From: an uncultured Pseudomonadota bacterium | GTDB lineage: Bacteria; Pseudomonadota; Alphaproteobacteria; RF32; CAG-239 | DNA: 64,000 nucleotides | Direction: 5' to 3' | Assembly (NCBI GenBank): GCA_949295085.1 | Contig: CASFJS010000003.1 | Coordinates: 2,695 to 66,694, forward strand | In this document: piece after piece, positions 29,217 through 38,588 of the stretch | Position numbering within the stretch: the first letter of the stretch is position 1 | Layout of the letters: every line of letters begins with the position of its first letter | Notes under the pieces: model-generated | Told to the model about the DNA's origin: nothing | The model's database searches: none | What the model saw: only the letters and a program-made list of their open reading frames with translations | Translations under genes and position numbers: made by a program

Positions 29217-29845
29217 GACCCGTAAACGAAATCTGTCAAATTCTTGATATCTTTAAGTCCAAAGACCCTGCTCCCAAAAGCGAGCTGCGGTTTCACAACG
29301 CCTATACCCTGCTGGTCGCAATTGTACTGTCGGCACAAAGTACCGACAAAGGCGTGAACAAAGCAACGGCAAACATCTTCCCCTTAGCTGATACTCCGCA
29401 AAAAATGCTTGCTCTCGGTATTGACAAACTCAAAGAACACATCAAAACCATCGGTCTTTACAACAACAAGGCCAAAAACATCATGGCTCTGTCACAAATT
29501 TTGGTTGATAAATGCGGCGGCGAGGTTCCGCATGACCGCGAACTGATCGAAAGCCTGCCCGGTGTCGGCCGCAAAACAGCCAATGTTTTGTTCAATGTCT
29601 GGTGGAATGAACCAAGCGTTGCGGTCGATACCCATGTCCTGCGTTTAGCCAAGCGTCTGGAGTTAAGCGACGGCGCCACACCGCTTGCCGTTGAAGCCGA
29701 TTTAAACAAATTGCCCGATGAATACCGCCGCCATATCAATCATTGGCTGGTTTTGTTCGGCCGCTATATCTGCAAAGCCCAAAAACCGGACTGCCCCAAC
29801 TGCCCGATAAGCACCTTTTGCCACAGCGCCGATAAGCGGCTCTAA
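29213..29845 (+). CDS. nth: Endonuclease III
   Basis: HhH-GPD motif LPGVGRKTANV, catalytic-region sequence AVDTHV, and the 4Fe-4S loop CKAQKPDCPNCPISTFC. Confidence 0.94.
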   Translation: MRPVNEICQILDIFKSKDPAPKSELRFHNAYTLLVAIVLSAQSTDKGVNKATANIFPLADTPQKMLALGIDKLKEHIKTIGLYNNKAKNIMALSQILVDKCGGEVPHDRELIESLPGVGRKTANVLFNVWWNEPSVAVDTHVLRLAKRLELSDGATPLAVEADLNKLPDEYRRHINHWLVLFGRYICKAQKPDCPNCPISTFCHSADKRL

Positions 29846-30129
29846 ATCCTCTTAAAAACACCGTCCTCTACCGGCGGCAAAAACGCACTTATCCGCCCGA
29901 TAACAAACTCCAGGCTGTCTACCCGCCCCCACAGGGGTCCTTTTTGACACGCCAGCATCATCGCGTCGATTTTATCGTCGGCACCGCGCAACCTGAGCAT
30001 GACCGAACCGTCATAATCATTATGCACCCAACCGGAAATACCGCCAATCTCTCCGGCCTTGGCCACAGCCCAACGCCGATAACCGACACCCTGTACGCGC
30101 CCTCTGACTCTGATAACCACATCTTTCAT
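29842..30129 (-). CDS. acyP: Acylphosphatase
   Basis: 95 aa with the VRGRVQGVGYR signature. Confidence 0.88.
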   Translation of the reverse strand: MKDVVIRVRGRVQGVGYRRWAVAKAGEIGGISGWVHNDYDGSVMLRLRGADDKIDAMMLACQKGPLWGRVDSLEFVIGRISAFLPPVEDGVFKRI

Positions 30130-30620
30130 GAATGCAGATAACTCTCAATTTCTTTCAGTTCCTCGCAGCGTTCCTGCCGGCGCGAAACGGCTTCCTCGTC
30201 TTTGCCCCATAATTTATTTTGCCACAATTCTTCCAAATACGAGAGCTCACAGGCTTCTTCTGCATGAATCCGCCCCTTAACCAATGCCAGTGCCAATAAT
30301 GTCGAACGCATGTTTAAGGCGGCTGCATAATAACAAGCCAGTTCTTTGTCACTCATTGCTCTGAGCATCTGCGCCAAAGGCCCGTTTAATTGACTGTTTT
30401 CCGGAACATCCAATGTATGGGTCTTTTGCAAATTAACCCTCAACTCCTGAGCCGCCCAATCCAAAATCGGCAACCATTTTTCTTGCTGATGCAAAAACAA
30501 CTCGCGGTTTTCACCCCAAAAAAACAGCAAATCCGTTTTGGCAAACTCCAAAAGCTTGGCAATAATATCCTCACGATGCTGCGCGATTTCCGTAACGGCC
30601 TGATCAAGTTTTTGTTTCAT
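30126..30620 (-). CDS. ATP12 (F1-ATPase assembly chaperone) family protein, short form
   Basis: 164 aa. The pattern TLLALALVKGRIHAEEACELSYLEELWQNKLWGKDEEA is typical of the ATP12 C-terminal domain. The protein is shorter than the ~230-250 aa homologs I recall. Confidence 0.65.
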   Translation of the reverse strand: MKQKLDQAVTEIAQHREDIIAKLLEFAKTDLLFFWGENRELFLHQQEKWLPILDWAAQELRVNLQKTHTLDVPENSQLNGPLAQMLRAMSDKELACYYAAALNMRSTLLALALVKGRIHAEEACELSYLEELWQNKLWGKDEEAVSRRQERCEELKEIESYLHS

Positions 30621-32737
30621 CTGTTTTCTTTCCTTAAGCTGTCCGTAAAAGCACCAAATAAATTTTTAGCGGCATTTTCCAAACCTTTCATCGTATCTTT
30701 AGCCGTTTGGTTAACATCCTGATAGGCATCCTTGGTTGCTGCCTTAACTCCGCTCGGTTTCGGAAATTTTGCCGCGTAGGATGTCCCTTGCAGCGCCGTA
30801 TAACAGGGACTGTCGTCACCGCTCAGCAATACCTCGGAGCCGAGATAAGCTCCGCCGGACGCCATTGTCCCGACCACCGTTGTCAGCGCCGCGCGGGTAT
30901 CCAAACCGATTTTCGGTTCCTCCAGAGTTCCCTCCAATTTAACAAACGAAGCCAGAGCTTGCGCAATATTTCCGTCCGCTAATTTATTGAGTGTCGGTGC
31001 AATGGTAAAGCTCATCTGATCGTTAACCAGATTAATATCGCCGCTGCCCACCAATTTCAGCTTAGAACCGTTAAACACGATTCCTTTCGGAAATGTCGCC
31101 TTACCGTTGCCGATATCGGCGCGCACCACCGCGCAGGCCAAATCCATATTGGTATTTTTATCGGTATCAATCTTCAACAATTGCAAAATTTTGGTAAAGA
31201 CATTGCTTGCCAGCCACTCCAAACGTCCGGTTTTTACCTCCGATTTATTGACAATTGCAATAAACTGTCCGGTCATATTTTGCGACAATTGCCGATAAGT
31301 CGCACCGTTGCTTTGCAAATCTGCCGTAATATCCAAATCGCCGCCGCTTAAGATTTGCATACTGCCGTTAGCCCCTGTCGCTAAAGGCTCGTGCAAATCC
31401 TGCAATCTCATACCGCTGCTTTGCAAATCAAGTTTCACCGTCTGTGCGGCAGCATTAACGGCGGCCGTTGCCGTAATCTTACCGGTACCGAGTCCAAAAT
31501 CCAGTTTCCGGACATCAAGCACCCCATTCTGCAACTGCGCAGCCAAATTAACATTGGTCAAATTCATTTGATTCGGTAACACTATTTTACCTGCCGTAAA
31601 ATTAAGCATGGCATCAACCATATTCAAATACTCATACGGTATTTTATCATTTGGCACCATTTCCAATGCTTGTGCTTCGCTGATTAATGACGGAAACTGC
31701 CATGCCGTTACCGCATTTTGACGAAGCGAATTGACATCAAAAACCGCCGTAGTCAAATCCGCACTGATTTGCGGCCGGGCCTTGCTCCAGTTAACCGCAA
31801 CCCTGCCGGTAACCATATTGGTCGCGACATTCAAATTGCGAATATCAACATCGGCCGAATATATATCGCCGTCCACGCGCATTTCCAGAGTAGTTTCCGG
31901 TGCCCCGAAATTACCGGCCGGATTATAAACATTGCCCTCAACGGCATAACGCGGACTTTCCCAAATATCTTCAACGGCTCCCTGCAAATTGGCCCTGATT
32001 TGCAAGCCCTTAATCTCCGACGTAAAATCGGCTTTTCCTTCATTCAAAAGCGTGGCCAGGGTATTGGCTTCCAAGACCACATCAATTTCTTTGCCGTCCG
32101 ACACCGCATCAATATTCAAATTCATCGGTTCATCCTGCCCCGGAATTTCCATTGTAATTGCATTAATTTGAACCATTGTTGTTTTGCCGCTTTTGGCGTC
32201 AAAATAACTGACAATTCCATCCGTCAGTTCGACCTGTTTGGCAATCAGCCCGGCTGCCAAAGCCGGCGCGGCACTGCTCTTTTTTTGCGGTTGCGCATTT
32301 GCTTGTACCGTATTGGATTGTGTGGTTTGTCCTTTGATGAATTCCCAGTTTTTCTGTCCGTCTGACGCTGCCTCCAAATAAATTTCCGGTTGTTGCAAAA
32401 TCAACTTATCAATAACGATACGCCCTTTCAACAACGGCAAAATTGCCGCCTTGACTTCCAACTTTTGCAACTTAACCATTTGCGGGGTTGACGCCCATTC
32501 CGGATTCGACAGCTCCACATCATTGACAACCAACGTCGGAATAAACGATATGCCCAGTTTGGCCTCGCCGTTAATTTTCAAACTCCGCCCCGTTTCCCTG
32601 GCAACAATATCTTCAATATAGGACTTATAGCGGTTCAGATCAAAATTACGCACAAACACATACCCGCCAATAGCCAAAATAATGATGATACTCGAAACAA
32701 TCGAAGCCGTTTTTTTAATCAGCCGCATAAATTTCAC
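30617..32737 (-). CDS. AsmA family outer-membrane biogenesis protein
   Basis: 706 aa with an N-terminal TM anchor (SIVSSIIIILAIGGYVFV) followed by a long beta-rich periplasmic region of AsmA/TamB type. Confidence 0.8.
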   Translation of the reverse strand: MKFMRLIKKTASIVSSIIIILAIGGYVFVRNFDLNRYKSYIEDIVARETGRSLKINGEAKLGISFIPTLVVNDVELSNPEWASTPQMVKLQKLEVKAAILPLLKGRIVIDKLILQQPEIYLEAASDGQKNWEFIKGQTTQSNTVQANAQPQKKSSAAPALAAGLIAKQVELTDGIVSYFDAKSGKTTMVQINAITMEIPGQDEPMNLNIDAVSDGKEIDVVLEANTLATLLNEGKADFTSEIKGLQIRANLQGAVEDIWESPRYAVEGNVYNPAGNFGAPETTLEMRVDGDIYSADVDIRNLNVATNMVTGRVAVNWSKARPQISADLTTAVFDVNSLRQNAVTAWQFPSLISEAQALEMVPNDKIPYEYLNMVDAMLNFTAGKIVLPNQMNLTNVNLAAQLQNGVLDVRKLDFGLGTGKITATAAVNAAAQTVKLDLQSSGMRLQDLHEPLATGANGSMQILSGGDLDITADLQSNGATYRQLSQNMTGQFIAIVNKSEVKTGRLEWLASNVFTKILQLLKIDTDKNTNMDLACAVVRADIGNGKATFPKGIVFNGSKLKLVGSGDINLVNDQMSFTIAPTLNKLADGNIAQALASFVKLEGTLEEPKIGLDTRAALTTVVGTMASGGAYLGSEVLLSGDDSPCYTALQGTSYAAKFPKPSGVKAATKDAYQDVNQTAKDTMKGLENAAKNLFGAFTDSLRKENR

Positions 32738-33660
32738 TCCTTATATTGCAAACCCAAAGTACTCAGCGCTTCGGCAAAATGTTCCGGCAACACTGCCGTT
32801 ATGACCAGTTTATTATATATATGTGATAAGTCAATTTTGAACGCATGCAGATAAAGTTTATCTTTCAACATAACAAATTTTTCCCTTCTGCCGCCAAAAT
32901 ACTTGTCATCGCCGACAATCGGCGTACCGATATACTCCAAATGAGCCCTTATCTGATGCGTGCGTCCGGTCAAGGGTTGTGCTTCAACCAAAGCAAATTT
33001 TTTACCGGTATGATCCAAAACCCGATACAAAGTAACCGCCTTTTTACCCTCCGCATCCGCCTGCGATTTTTCACCGGTCTTTAACAAAGGCACTTTAATT
33101 TCGCCGGATTCTGCTTTCGGGCATCCGCGAACCAAAGCCAAATAAGTTTTTTGCAAATCATGCCCCTTAAAAGCTTTGGTCAGTAACTCGGCATTTTGAC
33201 GGTCGCGTGCCAAAACCAAAATACCCGATGTGTCTTTATCAATCCGGTGCACCAGTTTTGGCGCTTCCGGTTTATCAAACTTCAAGGCCTCGAGCATACC
33301 GTCGATATGCCGCAGCGTATTGGTTCCGCCCTGCACCGCCAAACCGGACGGCTTGTTCAACACAATGATATTGTCATCTTTATAAATCACCAGCGACCGA
33401 ATAAAAGCTTCATCTTTCACGGCCGGGCGCGTCTTTTCTTGTCTTACAGGTGTATCACTCAGCGGCGGAATCCGAATTTCCTGCCCGACGGCAAGCTTCA
33501 ACGACGTTTCGCTTTTTTTGCCGTCGACCTTGATTTGTTTGGTGCGCAACAACTTTTGCAACCGCGACAACGGCAGCTGCGGGTAATACTTCAAAAACCA
33601 TCGGTTAAGCCGCATACCGTCATCTTCTGCCTTAACCTGTACCAATTTAACCTCACTCAT
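32734..33660 (-). CDS. RluA-family 23S rRNA pseudouridine synthase (RluC/RluD-like)
   Basis: N-terminal S4 domain, catalytic motif HRIDKDTSG, and GRTHQIRAH. Confidence 0.9.
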   Translation of the reverse strand: MSEVKLVQVKAEDDGMRLNRWFLKYYPQLPLSRLQKLLRTKQIKVDGKKSETSLKLAVGQEIRIPPLSDTPVRQEKTRPAVKDEAFIRSLVIYKDDNIIVLNKPSGLAVQGGTNTLRHIDGMLEALKFDKPEAPKLVHRIDKDTSGILVLARDRQNAELLTKAFKGHDLQKTYLALVRGCPKAESGEIKVPLLKTGEKSQADAEGKKAVTLYRVLDHTGKKFALVEAQPLTGRTHQIRAHLEYIGTPIVGDDKYFGGRREKFVMLKDKLYLHAFKIDLSHIYNKLVITAVLPEHFAEALSTLGLQYKE

Positions 33661-34975
33661 CGGCTGGCTCCTTTTTCTGCCGCTGTTTTTCCGCCCTCAG
33701 CTTATCAAAATAGTCAACACGCTTTTTAATCTCGCGCTCAAAACCGCGGTCAGCCGGATAATAAAGCTTAACCCGTTTCATACCGTCCGGAAAATAATTG
33801 GCGCCGGAAAATCCGTCTTCACAATCCGGATCATATTCATACCCCTCGGAATAACCCAATTGTTTCATGAGCTTGGTCGGCGCATTCAAAATATTTTTCG
33901 GCGGCATCAATGAACCGGTTTTTTTGGCCAACGCAAAAGCCGAGGCCATTGCTTTATAAACCCCGACCGACTTCGGCGCCGTTGCCAAATAAGCCGCCAA
34001 TTGCATAATCGCCAAATCGCCCTCCGGCGAACCGAGACGCTCATAAGTTTCCCAACAGGCAATTGCCTGCACCACCGCACCGGGTTCGGCCAGCGACACA
34101 TCTTCAATCGCAAAGCGCGTCAAGCGTCGCAAAATATATTTTGGATCCTCTCCTGAAGAAATCATCCGCGCCACCCAATAAAGCGCCGCATCAACATCTG
34201 AGCCGCGCAATGATTTATGCACCGCCGAAATCAGGTTATAATGCCCGTCGCGCCCTTTGTCGTAAACCGGCGCCCGCGAACGAATGATTTTGACAATACT
34301 CTCTTTATTAAATACCTCATCGGCTTTGGCGTAGTTCCACACACTTTCGGCCAGATTAAGAATATAACGCCCGTCGCCGTCCGCCACCGATTTCATAAAC
34401 GCCCGCGCCTCATCATCCACCGGCAGCTTGCGGCCCTCCTCTTTTTCGGCCCGTTGCAGCAAAACCTCAAAGTCATCCTCACCCAGACGGTTCAGTACAA
34501 ACACCTGACACCGCGACAACAACGCCGCGTTAAGTTCAAAGGACGGATTCTCCGTCGTTGCACCAACCAAAATAATTGTGCCGTCCTCAACATAGGGTAA
34601 AAAACCGTCCTGTTGCGATTTGTTAAAGCGGTGAATTTCATCGACAAACAACAACGTGCCGATTCCCTGATTGGCACGCCGCTCCTGCGCGTATTGAAAC
34701 ACTCTTTTCAAATCCGCCACGCCGGAGAACACCGCCGAAATCTGTTCAAAATAAAGCTTGGTATGTTCGGCAATCAGTCGGGCAATCGTTGTCTTGCCGC
34801 ATCCCGGCGGTCCCCAAAGTATAAACGAGCCGATTTTACCTGACGCCAGCATCCGTCCCAGCGGCGCATCTTTACCCACGACCTGATCCTGCCCGACCAC
34901 TTCTTCCAAAGTTCTCGGGCGCAACCTGTCTGCCAAAGGGCGTTTAACATTTGCCGAAAATAAAGTATCTTCCAT
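33653..34975 (-). CDS. rarA: Replication-associated recombination protein A (MgsA/WRNIP1 AAA+ ATPase)
   Basis: Walker A GPPGCGKTT, Walker B FVDEIHRFNK, and a MgsA C-terminal domain (RGSDVDAALYW). The start is the ATG at 34975 (MEDTLF), preceded by GGAAAG. Confidence 0.93.
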   Translation of the reverse strand: MEDTLFSANVKRPLADRLRPRTLEEVVGQDQVVGKDAPLGRMLASGKIGSFILWGPPGCGKTTIARLIAEHTKLYFEQISAVFSGVADLKRVFQYAQERRANQGIGTLLFVDEIHRFNKSQQDGFLPYVEDGTIILVGATTENPSFELNAALLSRCQVFVLNRLGEDDFEVLLQRAEKEEGRKLPVDDEARAFMKSVADGDGRYILNLAESVWNYAKADEVFNKESIVKIIRSRAPVYDKGRDGHYNLISAVHKSLRGSDVDAALYWVARMISSGEDPKYILRRLTRFAIEDVSLAEPGAVVQAIACWETYERLGSPEGDLAIMQLAAYLATAPKSVGVYKAMASAFALAKKTGSLMPPKNILNAPTKLMKQLGYSEGYEYDPDCEDGFSGANYFPDGMKRVKLYYPADRGFEREIKKRVDYFDKLRAEKQRQKKEPADE

Positions 34976-35052
34976 CGTCTTTCCGTTATTATTGTGGCGA
35001 TTCGCCCCAAACAACACATTAATCAATAACAGAAAATCTTTCGGTTGAACAG

Positions 35053-37386
35053 TTATTTTTTCGGACTAAACGGATTTTTATCCTCTGACGATTTGGTCTT
35101 AAAAGCATCTTCTTTCATCCACCAATCGCTTTCGGCGTCTTGTACTTTTTGTTTTTCCTTTTCGACACGGGCCGCCGATACCGCTTCTCGTGCAAGCGAT
35201 TTGGCCGTTTTTTGTTTGGTACCTATTTCCGATCTGATCTCCTCAAAAACCACATCCATATACTGATCCAGCTCAACCAGATCTTCCACACCCAAATCTT
35301 TTTGCTCAAACACCTCGGCCAACTTCGGCGTTTCCATGGCAAACGATGTTTTACCCGCAATTTTTCCGGCCGGTAGACCATACACGGCGTCCAAAACAGC
35401 CAACCGGCGAAAACGCTCATCCTGCGCAAAAAAGATATTATCCGCCAAAATCGGCCGATTATAGTATCCTTCGGCCAAAACAACCTGATAATCCCGAGTA
35501 TTGATCTTTACGCGCCGATGAGCATAGAAATCCTGCGCCAACCGATGAAAATAATATGCATTGGCAAAATATTTGCCTTTACGTATCCTCTCTTTCATTC
35601 GGGGTATCTGTACCGACCGGGTGGCAAAAGTAGCCAATTTATCCAACTGCCGACTCAATTTTCGGTTATCCGGCGCTTTGATGATTTTATAAGTTGTATT
35701 GGTCACCAGACATTCAAGTTCCTCTTTACTGTACGTATTCTCAACCAGACTCAAACTGTTACACAACAGCAATGCCGACATCTTTCTGGCCCGGCCGACC
35801 GTCAACAACGCCGTCAGATTTTTAAGACGCAAATTATGCCCGACATCGTCTAACACCAACATAAACGGTAACGGCCCCTGCTTTTCTTTCAAATACAAAC
35901 CGCGATACATAATTTCATCCAAAAACATCTGGTTCAAAATCTTAGAGGCATGCGTATTGGCCAAAGAGTAAATGGTTACGGGCCGCCAACAATTTTTTTG
36001 AGTATCATAAAACCCGCGTATTTTTTCCATCTCAAAATCATTACCGTTGGTTCTTTCCCGCAGAGCCTGATTGGTAAAAATACAAAAAGGCTTTAACGCA
36101 CAGGCAAACACAATCTGCCGTTGTTTGGCCGACATTTGCAAAAATTGCTTTATCCCGTCCGTCACCAAATCTCCGTAACTAAAAAAAACGGCTTCCTGCA
36201 AAAGAGACGCACCCCACGCACGCCAGTCTCTTTTTCTGGAATCCTGCGCTGTCATATAACAATCAATCAGCCAATCGGTCATGCCGGCAAAACAAACTTC
36301 TCGCCCGATCCACTGTTCGGGGAGCCCTGCCCAACTGCCGACGGGCAAATAATTTTTTTCGGTCATCCGGCCTTGTTTCAAATTTTCTATGGCCTCTGCC
36401 GCATAAGCCGGCGGCATCTGAATATAATAACTGAGCAAAATATCTTTTTCTTCCGCCGTCAAATGTTTACCCGCAATCAATTTTCCCAAAAAATAATCAT
36501 TGGCTCTGGCCTGTGTATCTTTTGCCAGCCAATAAGCCGTCAACGAAACAATAAACGCCTGAACGGCCAAATTCCAATAATCATCTTTTTCCACATCATC
36601 CGCATCAACCAAATATCCGGCTATCCGCCTCAGATAAGCCTTTTGTTCCTCTTTATCTTTTGGCAGATTATCGTGTGACAAAGGATTCCAGCGCGGATAA
36701 AAAATTCCTTTATCCGGCTCATCCAACAAATCCCAATTATAATAAAAGACCTCACCCAAAGTCGCGCGATACCCGGCTGTATATTTCGGCAAAAGCCCGG
36801 TCATATCCACGGCGACGATACACGCGTTATCCGACCGCAATACCGACGGGATCGCAACACTTGACGTTTTTCCCGTTCCCATCTCACCGATACACAAAAC
36901 CGAATCAGACGGCCGTATGCTCAAAATCAAGTCCTTAAACCGTCCGAGCACCATAAACATTTCTTGGCCAAGCCCCATATGCTCAAGATCTTTCAAACCG
37001 GCAAAACGATGATTGAGAACATACCACAAGCGAAACGAATAATGACTTCCTAAAAGAATAAAAACCAACGTTATTATCAGACCGGCCGGCCCGATTAACG
37101 GCAACAACAAAACCGGCTGCATATTCATGGATTTAATATTTTCAAGCAAAAGCCGCCACCATATTCCGTATATTTCAAAGACAGACCACGGCCGCCAAAA
37201 AAATTTTTCCCAAGGGCAATAAAAACCGGAGACATTTCCGAATAATCTTCCGGACAACTCCACCAGACCGAAACAAACTCCGGACAATCCCCAAAAAACC
37301 AAATATATCATAACAAAAACCGCGACGACATTAACCAATGCTCTGACGCGGCTTTTTTCTTGTTGAATATTCGGGACATCTTTCAT
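35053..37386 (-). CDS. Type IV coupling protein-like ATPase (VirD4/TraG/DotL-like), orphan
   Basis: 777 aa with 3-4 N-terminal TM helices and Walker A GEMGTGKTSS. A ~370-aa insertion comparable to the T4CP all-alpha domain follows, then Walker B PFMLVLDDVG, then LLLCNSLSLVENTYSKEE..TNTTYKI (the T4CP Q-s-x-x-Q-l-x-YG region in degenerate form), then a charged C-terminal tail. No other T4SS genes are in the window. Confidence 0.6.
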   Translation of the reverse strand: MKDVPNIQQEKSRVRALVNVVAVFVMIYLVFWGLSGVCFGLVELSGRLFGNVSGFYCPWEKFFWRPWSVFEIYGIWWRLLLENIKSMNMQPVLLLPLIGPAGLIITLVFILLGSHYSFRLWYVLNHRFAGLKDLEHMGLGQEMFMVLGRFKDLILSIRPSDSVLCIGEMGTGKTSSVAIPSVLRSDNACIVAVDMTGLLPKYTAGYRATLGEVFYYNWDLLDEPDKGIFYPRWNPLSHDNLPKDKEEQKAYLRRIAGYLVDADDVEKDDYWNLAVQAFIVSLTAYWLAKDTQARANDYFLGKLIAGKHLTAEEKDILLSYYIQMPPAYAAEAIENLKQGRMTEKNYLPVGSWAGLPEQWIGREVCFAGMTDWLIDCYMTAQDSRKRDWRAWGASLLQEAVFFSYGDLVTDGIKQFLQMSAKQRQIVFACALKPFCIFTNQALRERTNGNDFEMEKIRGFYDTQKNCWRPVTIYSLANTHASKILNQMFLDEIMYRGLYLKEKQGPLPFMLVLDDVGHNLRLKNLTALLTVGRARKMSALLLCNSLSLVENTYSKEELECLVTNTTYKIIKAPDNRKLSRQLDKLATFATRSVQIPRMKERIRKGKYFANAYYFHRLAQDFYAHRRVKINTRDYQVVLAEGYYNRPILADNIFFAQDERFRRLAVLDAVYGLPAGKIAGKTSFAMETPKLAEVFEQKDLGVEDLVELDQYMDVVFEEIRSEIGTKQKTAKSLAREAVSAARVEKEKQKVQDAESDWWMKEDAFKTKSSEDKNPFSPKK

Positions 37387-37391
37387 CTATA

Positions 37392-38516
37392 TCAGCGCCC
37401 TCGTCCGGCATCGCGCACCAAAATCATTTTCTCGCGATTATCCTTGTTTTTCTGCTTTTCTTGCTCCAGATTTTCTTTCATGGCCTTACGGGCTTCAAGC
37501 TCCTTTTGCTTGCGTTCTTCAATAATCCGCCGCAATTCCTCATTATGCGACTTGGCCTGCAATTCTTCTTTGCTTTTGGCTTCGGCCAGACTTTTTTCAT
37601 CCTTAACTTCCGGTTTGGCCGATTTACCGAAAACCTTTTTGCCGGCTTTCAAAAGTGTTTCTATACTGACACCTTTGTCATGCTGAAAATCCAACACGCC
37701 AAACTCTTTATTGTTACCTAAAAAAAGCTCGGTAAAATCCATTCCGCTATAAGCTTGTTGTTTTTTCTTCTTGGGCGCCAATATCCGAGCCAGTTCTTCC
37801 TTGTTCGGAACACGTCCCAAAGCTTGGGCTATTTGTTGCGGCGTAATAATACATTCGCTCAAATCCAGTCCGGTAATATTAACCCCCGTAAAATCAACTC
37901 CGGTAAAATCAACTCCGCGCAAATCCAGGCGACTCAAATCAATTGAGGCCAGATGCAGCAGGGTCAAATTCAGTTTGCGCAAATTAAGTTTATGCGGATA
38001 GTATTTTGCCAAATACTCAACCAATGATTGCAGTTCTTCCAGACCGATTTCATCAATTTCAATTCCAAGTAAAACAGCATCTTCCAAGTCGGCATCAACC
38101 AACTTAACCCCGTTTAGTTTTGCTTTGCTGAAATCGGTGCGGTGCAATACCGTTCCCGACAGAATTGCCCCGGACAAATCTGCTCCCGCCAAATTGGCGT
38201 CGGTCAAATTAGCCCCCGAAAAATCAACCCCTCGTAAATCGGCCCCCGAAAAATCAACATTCGTCAGATTCGCAACCGAAAAGTTGGCTCCCTGTAAATT
38301 TTCGCCGGCAAACCTGCCGTTTTCCAGATTTTTGCCGACAAAGCGCAAATCGTTTCCCCTGAACGAAAGGGACGATGATGTATCATCATCCCGACGATTG
38401 GCCACCGAATGCCATTCTCCTTTTTGAGCAATTTCTTTCTGCAATTCCTGGTCAAACCTGGATTGTTCTTCCTTGATACGTTCGCGTAAAATATCTAATT
38501 TACCGTCGTCGGTCAT
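37392..38516 (-). CDS. Pentapeptide-repeat protein with K/E-rich, Arg-terminated C-terminal tail
   Basis: Two blocks of A(D/N)LxG-type repeats (ANLTNVDFSGADLRGVDFSGANLTDANLAGADLSGAILSG; LDLRGVDFTGVDFTGVNITGLDLSE). The last ~100 aa are highly charged and end in VRDAGRGR. I prefer the ATG at 38516, because the TTG track start at 38555 overlaps a predicted -10 box. The gene ends 5 nt before the T4CP-like start. Confidence 0.85.
   Translation of the reverse strand: MTDDGKLDILRERIKEEQSRFDQELQKEIAQKGEWHSVANRRDDDTSSSLSFRGNDLRFVGKNLENGRFAGENLQGANFSVANLTNVDFSGADLRGVDFSGANLTDANLAGADLSGAILSGTVLHRTDFSKAKLNGVKLVDADLEDAVLLGIEIDEIGLEELQSLVEYLAKYYPHKLNLRKLNLTLLHLASIDLSRLDLRGVDFTGVDFTGVNITGLDLSECIITPQQIAQALGRVPNKEELARILAPKKKKQQAYSGMDFTELFLGNNKEFGVLDFQHDKGVSIETLLKAGKKVFGKSAKPEVKDEKSLAEAKSKEELQAKSHNEELRRIIEERKQKELEARKAMKENLEQEKQKNKDNREKMILVRDAGRGR
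37871..37915. repeat. Three tandem 15-bp units inside the pentapeptide-repeat gene
   Basis: Units at 37886-37900 and 37901-37915 match at 14 of 15 positions (cCgtaaaatcaactc / cGgtaaaatcaactc). The unit at 37871-37885 matches at 12 of 15. Each unit encodes one 5-aa repeat. Confidence 0.8.
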
Positions 38517-38554
38517 TTTTTTTACCCAAAATCCGCTTAGCCAAATTTTTGTCA

Positions 38555-38583
38555 AGTATAATACAAAAATTGCTCTTTGCCAA
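38555..38583 (-). promoter_or_regulatory. Sigma-70-type promoter candidate upstream of the pentapeptide-repeat gene
   Basis: On the minus strand, TTGGCA (38583-38578), a 17-nt spacer, then TATACT (38560-38555). It lies about 40 nt upstream of the ATG at 38516. Confidence 0.45.
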
Positions 38584-38588
38584 ATACT

